Notes: generated by a model from the letters alone, not told the origin. DNA of 64,000 bases from an uncultured Clostridia bacterium (GCA_947628775.1 CANRBI010000002.1:1033-65032); one strand, 5' to 3'; numbered from the stretch's first letter, positions 1-10,143 are shown. Program-made: numbers and translations.

Positions 1-213
1 TGAAGGCGTAGAATTTCTGTTTATATATATTTGTTGCATTATTAACATTAAGTCAGAAAAGTTTGTTTTTCCGTCTTTGTTTATGTCATATAGTTTTATT
101 GAATTGCTTGCTGCATATGTGCTTTGTGGTAATGTCACAATAAGTGTAGATAATATTACAATTGTTAATATTTTCGTTATATTAATTTTCATTTTTTTTG
201 ATAAATTAAACAT
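1..213 (-). CDS. secreted protein, N-terminal fragment (signal peptide then dockerin/EF-hand-like Ca-binding repeat); continues past left edge
   Basis: Not in ORF track because it runs off the window. Minus-strand ATG at 213 follows a GGGAG RBS (revcomp of 222-226). Translation is MFNLSKKMKINITKILTIVILSTLIVTLPQSTYAASNSIKLYDINKDGKTNFSDLMLIMQQIY..., a hydrophobic signal-like segment plus a DxNxDGxxNxxDL motif. Confidence 0.5.
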   Translation of the reverse strand, partial: MFNLSKKMKINITKILTIVILSTLIVTLPQSTYAASNSIKLYDINKDGKTNFSDLMLIMQQIYINRNSTPS

Positions 214-345
214 TGTTACCACTCCCTTCATACATATTTATTATACCATATTTTGTCATATTTTTCAATATTTTTCGGGGAAAAATTACATAAAAAGTTG
301 CTGATAATAACTGATGAATTTTGACTAAAAATTTATAGATATTAC

Positions 346-374
346 TTGACTTTTACAAAAAAACGTAGTATACT
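346..374 (+). promoter_or_regulatory. sigma-A type promoter (TTGACT-17 nt-TATACT) for the NlpC/P60 gene
   Basis: TTGACT at 346-351, 17-nt spacer, TATACT at 369-374, about 50 nt upstream of ATG 424. Confidence 0.55.
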
Positions 375-423
375 AGGGAACGTGTACTTTTGGAAAGAAT
401 ATAATAGAATAAGAGGTAAAAAA

Positions 424-1734
424 ATGAAAATCAAATTAAATATAAAAAACGTGCTTGTACTTGCTTGTATAGCTATAATTATGACATCTAGTAGCCTGTT
501 TTTTATGAACATTAGTTTCGCTACAGAAACGGCAAAAATTACAGTAGAAACTGCAAACCTTAGGGAAACACCATCTTCTGACTCTGAAATACTTGAATTA
601 ATAAGCAAAGATGAAACAGTTGAAATTTTAGAAAAATCAGAAGAATGGTCTAAAGTAAAATATGGACAATATGTAGGTTATTTAAGAAATGATTTATTAT
701 CAATAAATGAAACAATAGAAGAAAATACAACATCTGTAAATGAAGTAGCTAATAATCAAGTAGAACAACCAACAGAAAATACTGTTAGCCAAAATGAAAT
801 AAGTATTAGTAATGAAACTAATAGTAAGGATGTAAAAGGAAAATATAAATTAAAAGAAGATACTAAACTTAAAATATTGCCATTAATTTATACCTTAGAT
901 ACACAAGATATTAGCAAAGATACAGAAGTAGAAGTTACAGAAATTATTAATAATTGGGCATGTGTAACTGTTAATAATAAACAAGGATGGGTTATATATG
1001 AAAAGCTTGAACTTGTAGAATTAAATGCTGAAGAACAACCAACAGAAAATACAGAAGTTCAAACTCAAGAAAATACTACAACACCTGAAACACAAACTAC
1101 AAAGATTATGTATGTAAATTCACCAACTATTAATGTTAGAAGTGAAGCAAGTTCAGGAGCAAGTTTAGTAACACAACTATCTATTAATACACAAGTAGAA
1201 GTTATATCTGAAGAAAATGGTTGGAGCAAAGTAAATATTAATGGTACACAAGGATATATATTATCATCATTATTATCAGATAGAATGCAAGAAGTAACAA
1301 GAGGTTCACAAAAATCAAGATTAGCAAATACGCAAAATACAAATGCAGATACATCAAATACACAAACAACTGATGTAACAGCATCTGCTGCAGGTTCAAG
1401 TGTTGTATCATATGCAAAACAATTTATAGGTGTATCATATGCTTATGGGGGATCATCACCTTCAACTGGTTTTGACTGTTCAGGATTTACATCATATGTA
1501 TATAAACATTTTGGAGTATCACTTCCACGTACATCTGGAGGTCAATCAGGAGTAGGAACAGCAGTTAGTAGAGCAAATTTGATACCAGGAGATTTAGTAA
1601 TTTATAGTGGTCATGTTGCAATATATGTTGGAGGAGGTAATGTTATACATGCTCCAAGACCAGGAAAGTCAGTATGTATTGTACCACTTGACCAAGCAGC
1701 TCACGGATTTTCAGGGGGAAGAAGAATAATGTAA
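424..1734 (+). CDS. cell-wall endopeptidase, SH3b repeats + C-terminal NlpC/P60 domain
   Basis: Internal ATG at 424 has RBS AGAGG and an N-terminal signal/TM (MKIKLNIKNVLVLACIAIIMTSS). Repeated SH3-like segments (..WSKV..GYI). The C-terminus YAYGGSSPSTGFDCSGFTSYVYKHFG...GHVAIYVGGGNVIHAP carries the NlpC/P60 Cys-His catalytic motifs. Confidence 0.9.
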   Translation: MKIKLNIKNVLVLACIAIIMTSSSLFFMNISFATETAKITVETANLRETPSSDSEILELISKDETVEILEKSEEWSKVKYGQYVGYLRNDLLSINETIEENTTSVNEVANNQVEQPTENTVSQNEISISNETNSKDVKGKYKLKEDTKLKILPLIYTLDTQDISKDTEVEVTEIINNWACVTVNNKQGWVIYEKLELVELNAEEQPTENTEVQTQENTTTPETQTTKIMYVNSPTINVRSEASSGASLVTQLSINTQVEVISEENGWSKVNINGTQGYILSSLLSDRMQEVTRGSQKSRLANTQNTNADTSNTQTTDVTASAAGSSVVSYAKQFIGVSYAYGGSSPSTGFDCSGFTSYVYKHFGVSLPRTSGGQSGVGTAVSRANLIPGDLVIYSGHVAIYVGGGNVIHAPRPGKSVCIVPLDQAAHGFSGGRRIM

Positions 1735-1774
1735 ACTATATTCAAGATATGGTTTATATATAAAGGAGTAGTAA

Positions 1775-4293
1775 GTGAATAAAGTAAAAAGACCGATTGT
1801 AATAATAGCAATAGGATATATTATAGGTATAATAGAGGGACTATACTTAAATATGAGTATAGCCCTCTTTTATATTTGTATTGCTATAATACTTATGAGT
1901 ATTGATTTATTATTATCATATAAAAGAATAAATCTATGGAAAGTAACTAGATATTTAAGATATATAAAAATATATATCAATAAACAAGTAATTATTATTT
2001 TTTTAATATTTTCCATGATTTCTGCCATAGTAGTGAGAGAAAAACAAATTACATATCAAAAAGAACAAGAAATACTTTCTGGTATAAATCAAATTACTGT
2101 TATTGGAATGATAGATGAAGATGTAGAATATAACGATTATGAATATATTTATGTTTTACGTGTATATAAAGTGTTCAAAAATGGGTTGCAGATTGATTTT
2201 AAAAACAATAGGAAAATATATATTCATATAAATAATAAAAATAAAGAAATATATAAATATGGTGATATTGTTCAAATTAAAGGAAATTATCAAATACCTA
2301 AAAATAGGAGAAATTATGGAGGATTTGATTATGATTTATATCTGAAAACTAAAAAAATATTAGGAGATATTAAAGTAACAGAACATGTAAAAAAAGTAGA
2401 TTTTGAAAAGTCTAGTTCAAATTTGATAAAAAATTTTAAATCTAAATCAATACAATTTTCTCAAAGAATAAAGAATCAAATATCAAGTACATTGCCAAAA
2501 GAGGAGGCAAGTATATTGATTGCTTTGTTATTAGGAGATGATAAATATATTGAAGATGATGTTATGCAAAATTTTAGAGATGCAAATATATCTCATGTTT
2601 TAGTTATTTCAGGGATGCATATTTCATATTTGATTATGATTTGTATGTATGTTTTTTCTAAGTTATTTGGTATAAAAAAAGCACATATTATTTCAATTAT
2701 TGTAATTCTTTTATATATGTATATAACTGGATTTTCTCCATCTATTGTAAGAGCAAGTATTATGGCAATATTGTTTATTGTATCAAAACTAATTTATAGA
2801 AATAGTGATATTTTAAATAATATAGGTATTTCTGCATTATGTATTTTAATATTTAATCCATATACTATTTTAAATTTAAGTTTTCAATTATCATTTGGTG
2901 GTACTATTGCAATAATAATTTTTAGAAATTTTATTTATGAGTTGATAAATAAATTCCTTAAAGCAAAAAATAAAATCTGTGATATTATATCTATAAGTAT
3001 ATCGGTACAGTTAGTTATATTGCCAATAAGTATGTTTCATTTTAATACGATTAATATTTATTTTTTATTTTCTAATTTATTAATAGGACTAGTTATAGCT
3101 CCTGTAATGTCATGTTGTTTTATTTTTTTCATTTTATTAATTTTAAATATAAAAATTCCTGTGATAATTTCTAGTATAATGCAATTTGTTATAAGATTAC
3201 TTATACATATATCTAAAATAGGTAATTTGCCATTTGCTACAATTAAAGTTGCAACTCCAAATGCATTTCAAATTTTTTTATATTTTATAGCTATTTTATT
3301 TATAATTTGTTTTTATTATATGTATAAAGTAGATTATCCAATAAATACAATAATACGTTTTAGAAGATTAATTGCTTTGTTAAAGTTTTATATAAAGCAT
3401 AGAATGAGTAAAAAAATCAAAAGGAAAATAAAATTTATAATTATTCTATTGACAGTGATAATTTTTTTCGTATATAATTTTAATGATAACTTGAAAATTC
3501 ATTTTGTTGATGTAAATCAAGGAGATTGTACATTTATTGAAACATCTGATAAAAAAACAATATTAATAGATGGAGGTGGCTCAATTACATCTGATGTAGG
3601 TGAAAAAATACTTATGCCATATATTTTAGATAGGGGATATACAAAAATCGATTATATAATTGTGAGTCATTTTGATACTGATCATATTGGTCGGGTTATA
3701 TACTATTTTAGAAAATCTAAAAGTTAGAAATGTCGTAATTGGCAAACAATTTCAAAATTCAGAAAATTACCAGAAATTTTTAGAAATTGTAAAAAACAAA
3801 AAAATTAATATTATACAATTGGAAAAAGGTGCTAAAATATTTATTGAAAAAAATTTATATTTTGATGTTTTGTGGCCAGATTCTAAACATATTATTACAG
3901 AAAATTCTATAAATAACAATGCATTAGTTTGTAAATTATTTTATAAAAATTTTACTATGCTTTTTACTGGTGATATTGAAGAAGAAACAGAAAAGATATT
4001 AACTGAAAAATATGGTAGTAAGCTGGGGTCAGATGTATTAAAAGTGGGGCATCATGGTTCAAAAACATCTACAAGTTATGATTTTTTGAATTTTATAAAA
4101 CCTAATATTGCACTTATTGGAGTTGGTGAAAATAATAAATTTGGACATCCAAACAAAGATGTAATAGATAGATTAGAAAATTTACGGAACAAATATATAT
4201 AGAACAGATAAAAATGGAGAAATTAGTATTATAATAAATAATAAGGGGAAAATTAAAATAAAATTAAATTTTAAGAAGGAAAAATTATTTTAA
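1775..4293 (+). CDS. comEC: DNA internalization competence protein ComEC/Rec2, frame-interrupted twice (+1 shift needed at in-frame CGG 3692-3694 and 4185-4187); standard pipelines would call it a pseudogene or split ORFs
   Basis: ORFs 1775-3727 and 3672-4202 plus an untracked third-frame tail 4186-4293 (GTNIYRTDKNGEISII...). Polytopic ComEC membrane core, then an MBL domain (HFVDVNQGDC...SHFDTDHIG|GLYTILENLKV...VGHHGSKTS...FGHP..RLENL|GTNIYRTD). GTG start at 1775 with AAGGAG RBS. Confidence 0.85.
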
Positions 4294-4592
4294 AGTAGTA
4301 TATATAAAATGTAGATATTTTTAAATTATGGTATTATCAAAATAAATTAATATAAATGTGGAATATAAGTACTTAATAGTGGAAAATAATGTGTGGTTTT
4401 TTTCTTATTTAAGTGATTTAATTTCAGTTAAGCGGATGTATAAATTATGAATTATTTGTTATTAATTTTAAAAATAAATTATAAATTATACAGGAGGTGA
4501 ATTGTTTAAACTGTATTTTAAATAATTAATTTAGATTTAATTAAAGGATGTTGATATATATGAAATATTTATAAAAAAATAGGAGGTAAATT

Positions 4593-5180
4593 ATGAGTCA
4601 ACAACCAAGTAAACAAAGAAAAACAACATCTAAAAAAACTCAATCTAAAAAAGGTAGCAATGATGGTCTTTTAATTTTATTATTAATTGTAGTACTTATT
4701 ATAGCAGTAGTATTTTTTGTAGTAAGAGGAAATAATGGAAGTTCTAATAGTAATAGTTCAGGATCTACAACATCTAGAGGAAGTTCAAAAACAGATACAA
4801 CAACACAAGAATCTACAAAAGCAAAAGCAGAATATGGACAAATTGATTTTAATAATACAGAAAATGCAAAAGTTGAAGATGGTGTAAAACAAAATACTTC
4901 TGAAAGATTATTAGCTGATAAAACTTTCAAAAATATGGATATTACAAATATCCAATTAAAAGCTGAAGGTGGAATGAGTAGATTTACAGCTACAATGAAA
5001 AATAATACATCTGATAAATACCAAAGTGAAGAAATTACAATAGTATTTTTAAAAGCAGATGGTACTGAATTAGCAAGACTAAAAACAATAACACCATCAG
5101 TTAGTGCAGGACAATCAAATGAAATAGATGCTGCTACAACTGCTGATATAACAAATGCTTATGATTTTAGAATTGAATAA
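4593..5180 (+). CDS. hypothetical membrane-anchored protein (K/S-rich N-tail, one TM, S/T-rich linker)
   Basis: ATG with AGGAGG RBS, 195-aa ORF, a single hydrophobic helix LLILLLIVVLIIAVVFFVV, followed by a strong terminator. Confidence 0.65.
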   Translation: MSQQPSKQRKTTSKKTQSKKGSNDGLLILLLIVVLIIAVVFFVVRGNNGSSNSNSSGSTTSRGSSKTDTTTQESTKAKAEYGQIDFNNTENAKVEDGVKQNTSERLLADKTFKNMDITNIQLKAEGGMSRFTATMKNNTSDKYQSEEITIVFLKADGTELARLKTITPSVSAGQSNEIDAATTADITNAYDFRIE

Positions 5181-5190
5181 TATAGAAAAA

Positions 5191-5224
5191 AAGATATGTT
5201 ATAAAAATAACATATCTTTTTTTC
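5191..5224 (+). terminator. rho-independent terminator
   Basis: aagatatgtt / aacatatctt 10-bp stem followed by a T-run. Confidence 0.8.
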
Positions 5225-5325
5225 TATTTAGTATAAATTTGAAAAAAATGTAAATACTACTAAAAAGCTTTTATTAAATTTGAGTATAGTAGAACTAAAT
5301 TAATTTTTAGCCTTTAGGGAAAGGA

Positions 5326-5943
5326 ATGTTAGTAAAAATGAAAAAAAGTAGTATTGTCATTATAGTTTCTTTAATTATTTTTTTTGCAGTGTTTGTTGGA
5401 TTTAAAGTATATAATAATATAGAAAGTGGAGATAATGAACAAATTAAAAGTGAAGCATATTTATCTGAAGCTATAGAAGATGAATGTACAGAAGAATGGG
5501 AGAGACTAAATGAAAATAATGTTGAAGTTAGTACATCTGAACAAATTACATTATCACCAAATTGTAGTTTTACTTTTAATACTTATTTTGAAAATTGTGG
5601 ACATATAACAACAGAATATATGGATATCCCACAAGAATTTGTAAATAAAACGGAAAAAGATATAAAAGAAAAATATTCTGATTGGACAATAGATACTTTT
5701 GAGAACAATAAAGTTGTTTTATCAAAACAACAAGAAGGAGATTGTGGTCAGCATTATGTATTAAGAGAATTAGATAATAAAATTGTGGTATATTTAATTA
5801 ATGAAAATGGGGAAGAAGAGGAATATCAAAGGACAGAGATATCTACTGAATATTTAACAGAAACTGATAGAATTACAATTCAAAATGGCTTAAAAGTTTT
5901 TGGAAAGCAAAGTTTAAATCAAATTATAGAGGATTTTGAATAA
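5326..5943 (+). CDS. membrane-anchored protein with BofC C-terminal-like domain (putative sporulation protein)
   Basis: N-terminal TM. The C-terminal pattern HYVLRELDNKIVVY...ISTEYLTETDRITIQNGLKVFGKQSLNQIIEDFE resembles BofC_C domains as I recall them. An alternative start at 5338 is possible. Confidence 0.45.
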   Translation: MLVKMKKSSIVIIVSLIIFFAVFVGFKVYNNIESGDNEQIKSEAYLSEAIEDECTEEWERLNENNVEVSTSEQITLSPNCSFTFNTYFENCGHITTEYMDIPQEFVNKTEKDIKEKYSDWTIDTFENNKVVLSKQQEGDCGQHYVLRELDNKIVVYLINENGEEEEYQRTEISTEYLTETDRITIQNGLKVFGKQSLNQIIEDFE

Positions 5944-5949
5944 AAAAAT

Positions 5950-5983
5950 AACCCACTAATATAAATTATTATATTAGTGGGTT
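5950..5983. terminator. bidirectional terminator between convergent genes
   Basis: Perfect 14-bp stem aacccactaatata / tatattagtgggtt, with an A-run on the left and T-rich sequence on the right. Confidence 0.8.
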
Positions 5984-5996
5984 GATATTCAGGTTC

Positions 5997-6590
5997 TTAT
6001 TTATTTCTAGGATTAATAACAACTTGTTGTTTTTCTTTTTTTAAATCATTTTTATTAATAAATCCATCTTTATATAAATATTTTACATACATAATTAAAG
6101 AGAATATGGTTGATATTAATGCTATACCATATAGTATGTTATCTAAACTTTCCAAAGTTCCTGTAAATTCAAATTGTTTATTCATTAGTGAAAGTACAAT
6201 TGCAACATAGAATAGTACTGTAGCTAATTTTCCAAACCATTTGCTGTATACTATAACATCTTTACCATAAAGGAATGATGCACCAATAATCATAATTAGT
6301 TCTTTGAAAATTACAATAACTAGAATCCAAATTGATATTATATCTTTAAATACTAATGTTGCTAATACAGATATTTGAGTTAATTTATCTGCTAAAGGAT
6401 CCATTAATTTTCCAAAAGTAGATATTAAATCAAATTTTCGTGCTATAGCACCATCTAGTATATCTGTAATTCCTGATAGTGAGAAAAATACAAATCCAAG
6501 TAAATAATTTCCTGTTATTATAAAATACAATATCACTGGTATTAGTATAAATCGTATTATGGTGAGTATATTTGGTATATTTTTTCGCAT
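5997..6590 (-). CDS. pgsA: CDP-diacylglycerol--glycerol-3-phosphate 3-phosphatidyltransferase
   Basis: CDP-alcohol phosphatidyltransferase motif DILDGAIARKFDLISTFGKLMDPLADKL, multiple TM helices, AAGGAG RBS. Confidence 0.85.
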   Translation of the reverse strand: MRKNIPNILTIIRFILIPVILYFIITGNYLLGFVFFSLSGITDILDGAIARKFDLISTFGKLMDPLADKLTQISVLATLVFKDIISIWILVIVIFKELIMIIGASFLYGKDVIVYSKWFGKLATVLFYVAIVLSLMNKQFEFTGTLESLDNILYGIALISTIFSLIMYVKYLYKDGFINKNDLKKEKQQVVINPRNK

Positions 6591-6608
6591 TATTATTCTC
6601 CTTGTATT

Positions 6609-8996
6609 TTAGTTTTTAGTATTAAAAGTTAATTGGTCATTTTCATAATCAATCAAAATTGTTTGACCATTACATATTTCTCCTTTTAATATTCTTTCTG
6701 ATATTTCGTCTTCTAAGTATCTTTGAATTGCTCTTCTTAAAGGTCTTGCTCCAAATTTAATATTTGTTCCTTTTTCTAGTATAAAGTGTTTTGCATTTTC
6801 ACTGATTTCTAATGTAATATCTTTATCATTTAAAGCTTTTTTGGTTTCATCTAGCATTAAATCTATAATTTCAATTAGTTCTTTTTCTGTTAATGAGTCA
6901 AATACGATAATTTCGTCAACTCTATTTAAAAATTCTGGTCTAAATGTACTTTTTAAAACATCTTCTATTTTTCCTTTGTCAACAGTTTGTTTTCCAAATC
7001 CAATAGAATTTGTATTTAAATTAGAACCTGCATTTGATGTCATAATAATTATTGTGTTTGCAAAATTAACTGTATTTCCTTGGCTATCTGTAAGTTTTCC
7101 ATCATCTAAAACTTGTAATAATATATTAAATACATCTGGATGAGCTTTTTCAATTTCATCTAAAAGAATTATTGAATATGGTTTTCTCTTAACTTTATCT
7201 GTTAATTGACCTGCATCATCATAACCTATATATCCAGGAGGTGCACCTATTAATTTTGATGTAGAATGACTTTCCATATATTCTGACATGTCAATTCTAA
7301 TCATTGCATCTTCTCTACCAAACATTTCATATGCTAAACTTTTTGCAAGTTCTGTTTTACCAACACCAGTAGGTCCTACAAATATAAATGAAGGAGGTCT
7401 TTTTGAACTTTGCAAACCTGCACGATTTCTTCTTATTGCTCTTGATACACTATTTACAGCATCTTGTTGACCTATAATTCTTTTATGAAGGTTTGTTTCT
7501 AGGTTTAGTAATTTTTGAGTTTCTGCTTCAGTTATTTTCTTAACTGGGATTTTGGTCCAACTTTCAATAACATTTGCGATATCTTGTACAGTCAAATTCT
7601 TTAGTTTCATTTTTTTATTTAATGAATCAATTTGTTCTATTAATTGACATTCACGTGTTTTAAGATCTGCTGCTTTTTGATAATCTTCTGTTGAATCTGC
7701 AGCAACAACTTCTTCTTTTTCTGCTTGAATATCTGCTAATTGCCTTTTTAGCATTTCTAGTTTATATAATTCTTTGTTTTCTAAATTAATTCTAGAACAA
7801 GCTTCATCTAGTATATCTATTGCTTTATCAGGTAAAAATCTATCATGAATGTATTTTTCAGACATAATAACAGCCTGTTTTATTACATCAGATGATATTT
7901 TTACTTTGTGATATTCTTCATAATATTTTTTTATTCCCTCTAAAATTCCAATTGAATCATCAATATTTGGTTCTTCTACTAAAACTTGTTGGAATCTACG
8001 TTCTAGTGCAGTATCTTTTTCAATATATTTTCTATATTCTTTTAAAGTTGTTGTTCCTATTAGTTGTATTTCGCCATTTGATAAGGCTGGTTTTAATATA
8101 TTGGCTGCATTCATAGAGTGTTCACCATCACCAGCACCAATTATATTGTGTATTTCATCTATAACAAGTATTATATTTCCATATTGTTTACATTCATCAA
8201 TTATTCCTTTCATACGTGATTCAAATTGACCTCTAAATTGTGTTCCAGCAATAACTGATGTCATATCAAGTAGATAAACTTCTTTATTTAATAATTTTGC
8301 AGGTACGTTTTGGTTTGCTATTTTAATTGCTAAACCTTGTGCTATAGCTGTTTTACCAACACCAGGTTCTCCAATTAGGCAAGGGTTATTTTTTGAACGT
8401 CTATTTAATATTTGTATTATTCTTTGTATTTCTTTATCTCTACCTATTACTATGTCTAATTCTTCATTTTTAGCTTTATTTGTTAGATTTGTACCATATG
8501 TATCTAAATATTTTTTCTTTTTATTTTGTTTTGTATTTTTCTTTTTTTCTATTTTTACTTTTTTTCTACTTGCTCCATTTTGTGAAAAAGGTTCATTTTG
8601 TGAGTTTTGATTTGATGAATTATTTTTAAACATTCCATTAAAGATGCTTCCAAGGGGGATAGCTGCACCTGCAATTCTAGGACCATCTGGATTTTCATCT
8701 GCATAATCTGAATCAAAATCATCTGTTCCAAATGTAAATGCACCATCTATTTTGCTTATATCTTCTAAATTTAAGTTTTCACTTAAGTCTTTGAATATAT
8801 TTTCAAATTGTTTTTTCATTTCGTCTAAATTAATGTTGTCTTTTGATAAGATTTCATTTTGTCTAGCAAGAGTTTCGACAGGATCAATTCCTTCAGCTTT
8901 TGCACATTCGAAACATAGACCTTCTAGCTTTTTATTATCATTATCTTTTTCAAAAAAAATCAAAGCTGGATTTTTATTGCATTTTGAACATAACAT
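6609..8996 (-). CDS. Clp/Hsp100-family double AAA+ ATPase (ClpC/ClpA-like) with N-terminal Cys4 zinc-ribbon-like segment
   Basis: Two Walker A sites (GEPGVGKTAIA, GPTGVGKTELAK) and a coiled-coil middle region. An IGF-type ClpP-docking loop (NSIGFGK). The N-terminus reads MLCSKCNKNP...GLCFECAK. Confidence 0.85.
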   Translation of the reverse strand: MLCSKCNKNPALIFFEKDNDNKKLEGLCFECAKAEGIDPVETLARQNEILSKDNINLDEMKKQFENIFKDLSENLNLEDISKIDGAFTFGTDDFDSDYADENPDGPRIAGAAIPLGSIFNGMFKNNSSNQNSQNEPFSQNGASRKKVKIEKKKNTKQNKKKKYLDTYGTNLTNKAKNEELDIVIGRDKEIQRIIQILNRRSKNNPCLIGEPGVGKTAIAQGLAIKIANQNVPAKLLNKEVYLLDMTSVIAGTQFRGQFESRMKGIIDECKQYGNIILVIDEIHNIIGAGDGEHSMNAANILKPALSNGEIQLIGTTTLKEYRKYIEKDTALERRFQQVLVEEPNIDDSIGILEGIKKYYEEYHKVKISSDVIKQAVIMSEKYIHDRFLPDKAIDILDEACSRINLENKELYKLEMLKRQLADIQAEKEEVVAADSTEDYQKAADLKTRECQLIEQIDSLNKKMKLKNLTVQDIANVIESWTKIPVKKITEAETQKLLNLETNLHKRIIGQQDAVNSVSRAIRRNRAGLQSSKRPPSFIFVGPTGVGKTELAKSLAYEMFGREDAMIRIDMSEYMESHSTSKLIGAPPGYIGYDDAGQLTDKVKRKPYSIILLDEIEKAHPDVFNILLQVLDDGKLTDSQGNTVNFANTIIIMTSNAGSNLNTNSIGFGKQTVDKGKIEDVLKSTFRPEFLNRVDEIIVFDSLTEKELIEIIDLMLDETKKALNDKDITLEISENAKHFILEKGTNIKFGARPLRRAIQRYLEDEISERILKGEICNGQTILIDYENDQLTFNTKN

Positions 8997-9134
8997 ATTT
9001 TTAAATTCCTCATTTCTTTATAAAATTTCACTATATATAATACCTCAAAATTAAGAATTAGTCAATAATTTTATTTATTATTGACCTTGTTTTTATTATA
9101 TGATATAATTGAAAGTGAGAGGAAAGGAAAAAAC

Positions 9135-9983
9135 ATGAATGTAGAGTTACCAAAGAAATATAAATTAAAAAAGAGAGATATTGCTGTATATTCTGTGGCT
9201 ATTTTTGGCTGTATTTTGGCTTTGATAGTTATAGTTGTAATGCAAGTAATGGGTGATGATGTATCAAATAGATTTTTTGGAACTAACAAAGCTAAAAGAA
9301 TTTCAGAAGAAGAAGAGGTAAAGCTAAAAACAGATTTTGAAAATATGTTTACAAATACATATACAGGTGAAATTGAAAATGTTAAGAGATTAAATAATAC
9401 AAGAGATATTGTTTATACATATTATCAAAATCAAGAAAATGATACACAAAATTATACTTTAAATGTAAATATACCACAGTTTAATATACAAAGTGATGAG
9501 TTAGAAAAAATAAATAAAGAAATAGAAGATGTATACAGACAAAAAACAGATGAAATATTGAACTCTAAGGGGAATAAAATAGTATATTCTGTTGAATATG
9601 TTTCATTTGTTGAAAATGGTGTTTTATCACTTGCTATACGTTCTAATTTAAAACAAGGAACAAATGCTCAGCAGGTTATGTTAAATACTTATAATTATGA
9701 TTTACAAACAGGCAAAATTATTTCTTTAAATGATATGATTAATAAATTAGAATTAAATAAAGTTTCAGTGCAGGAAGTAATAAATGAAAAAATAAAAGAT
9801 GAAGAACAAAGCTCAAAGGCATTTAAAGATTTAGGATATAACATATATGTAAGAGATAGTAATGATGAAATGTATAAATTACAAAATTCAAATTTATTCT
9901 TTACACTAAATGGTAAATTATATATAATTTATGCATATGGAAATTCTACATTAACAAGTGAAATGGATGTTGTAGTTATATAA
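9135..9983 (+). CDS. hypothetical membrane-anchored extracellular protein
   Basis: Internal ATG at 9135 with GAGAGGAAAGGA RBS, one TM (IAVYSVAIFGCILALIVIVVM), soluble C-terminal domain, terminator follows. Confidence 0.6.
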   Translation: MNVELPKKYKLKKRDIAVYSVAIFGCILALIVIVVMQVMGDDVSNRFFGTNKAKRISEEEEVKLKTDFENMFTNTYTGEIENVKRLNNTRDIVYTYYQNQENDTQNYTLNVNIPQFNIQSDELEKINKEIEDVYRQKTDEILNSKGNKIVYSVEYVSFVENGVLSLAIRSNLKQGTNAQQVMLNTYNYDLQTGKIISLNDMINKLELNKVSVQEVINEKIKDEEQSSKAFKDLGYNIYVRDSNDEMYKLQNSNLFFTLNGKLYIIYAYGNSTLTSEMDVVVI

Positions 9984-10013
9984 AAAAGATGGTTTTTAAA
10001 AACCATCTTTTTT
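9984..10013 (+). terminator. rho-independent terminator
   Basis: aagatggttt / aaaccatctt stem plus T-run. Confidence 0.8.
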
Positions 10014-10143
10014 GTCGTTTTTTGAAAATAAAAGGGGATGTTTTTTTATTTTAATCAGTATCTCTTACTGATTATGTTTAAATTATATATATGTTTTTTG
10101 TCCATTGTGTGAACTTAACGTGAAAACTTAGAAAAGTTTTTTA

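Noticed and set aside
77-304. Tracked + strand ORF (75 aa) at the left edge
   Set aside because: No RBS and an implausible composition. The opposite strand encodes a much more convincing signal peptide plus dockerin-like start (1-213).
375-423. Possible c-di-AMP (ydaO-type) riboswitch upstream of the NlpC/P60 hydrolase gene
   Set aside because: The predicted 5' UTR is only about 50 nt, with no room for the roughly 130-nt pseudo-symmetric riboswitch.
3689-3697. Explaining the frame breaks as ordinary homopolymer sequencing errors
   Set aside because: The inserted base is a lone C at all four sites, not a homopolymer extension. Homopolymer alternatives exist only for site 1 (GGG), site 2 (AAA) and the pdaA site (AAA), and they fit conserved motifs worse. 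Not fully excluded without reads, so this is kept as an explicit alternative in the main finding.
4294-4592. A 300-nt intergenic gap after comEC, examined for a riboswitch, sRNA or leader peptide (contains AGGAGG + TTG + 7 codons at about 4493)
   Set aside because: The region is extremely AT-rich, with no conserved-looking helices that I can support. The 7-codon ORF alone is not evidence.
6841-9054. Several antisense or shadow ORFs inside the Clp ATPase gene (6841-7143, 7288-7470, 7892-8116, 8555-8746, 8752-9054). Similar shadow ORFs lie inside htrA, glmS, uvrC, mutL, ftsK, pgk, gpmI and others
   Set aside because: They lie entirely within long conserved genes on the other strand or frame, lack RBSs, and have the low-complexity L/F/I/S-rich composition expected of AT-rich antisense frames.
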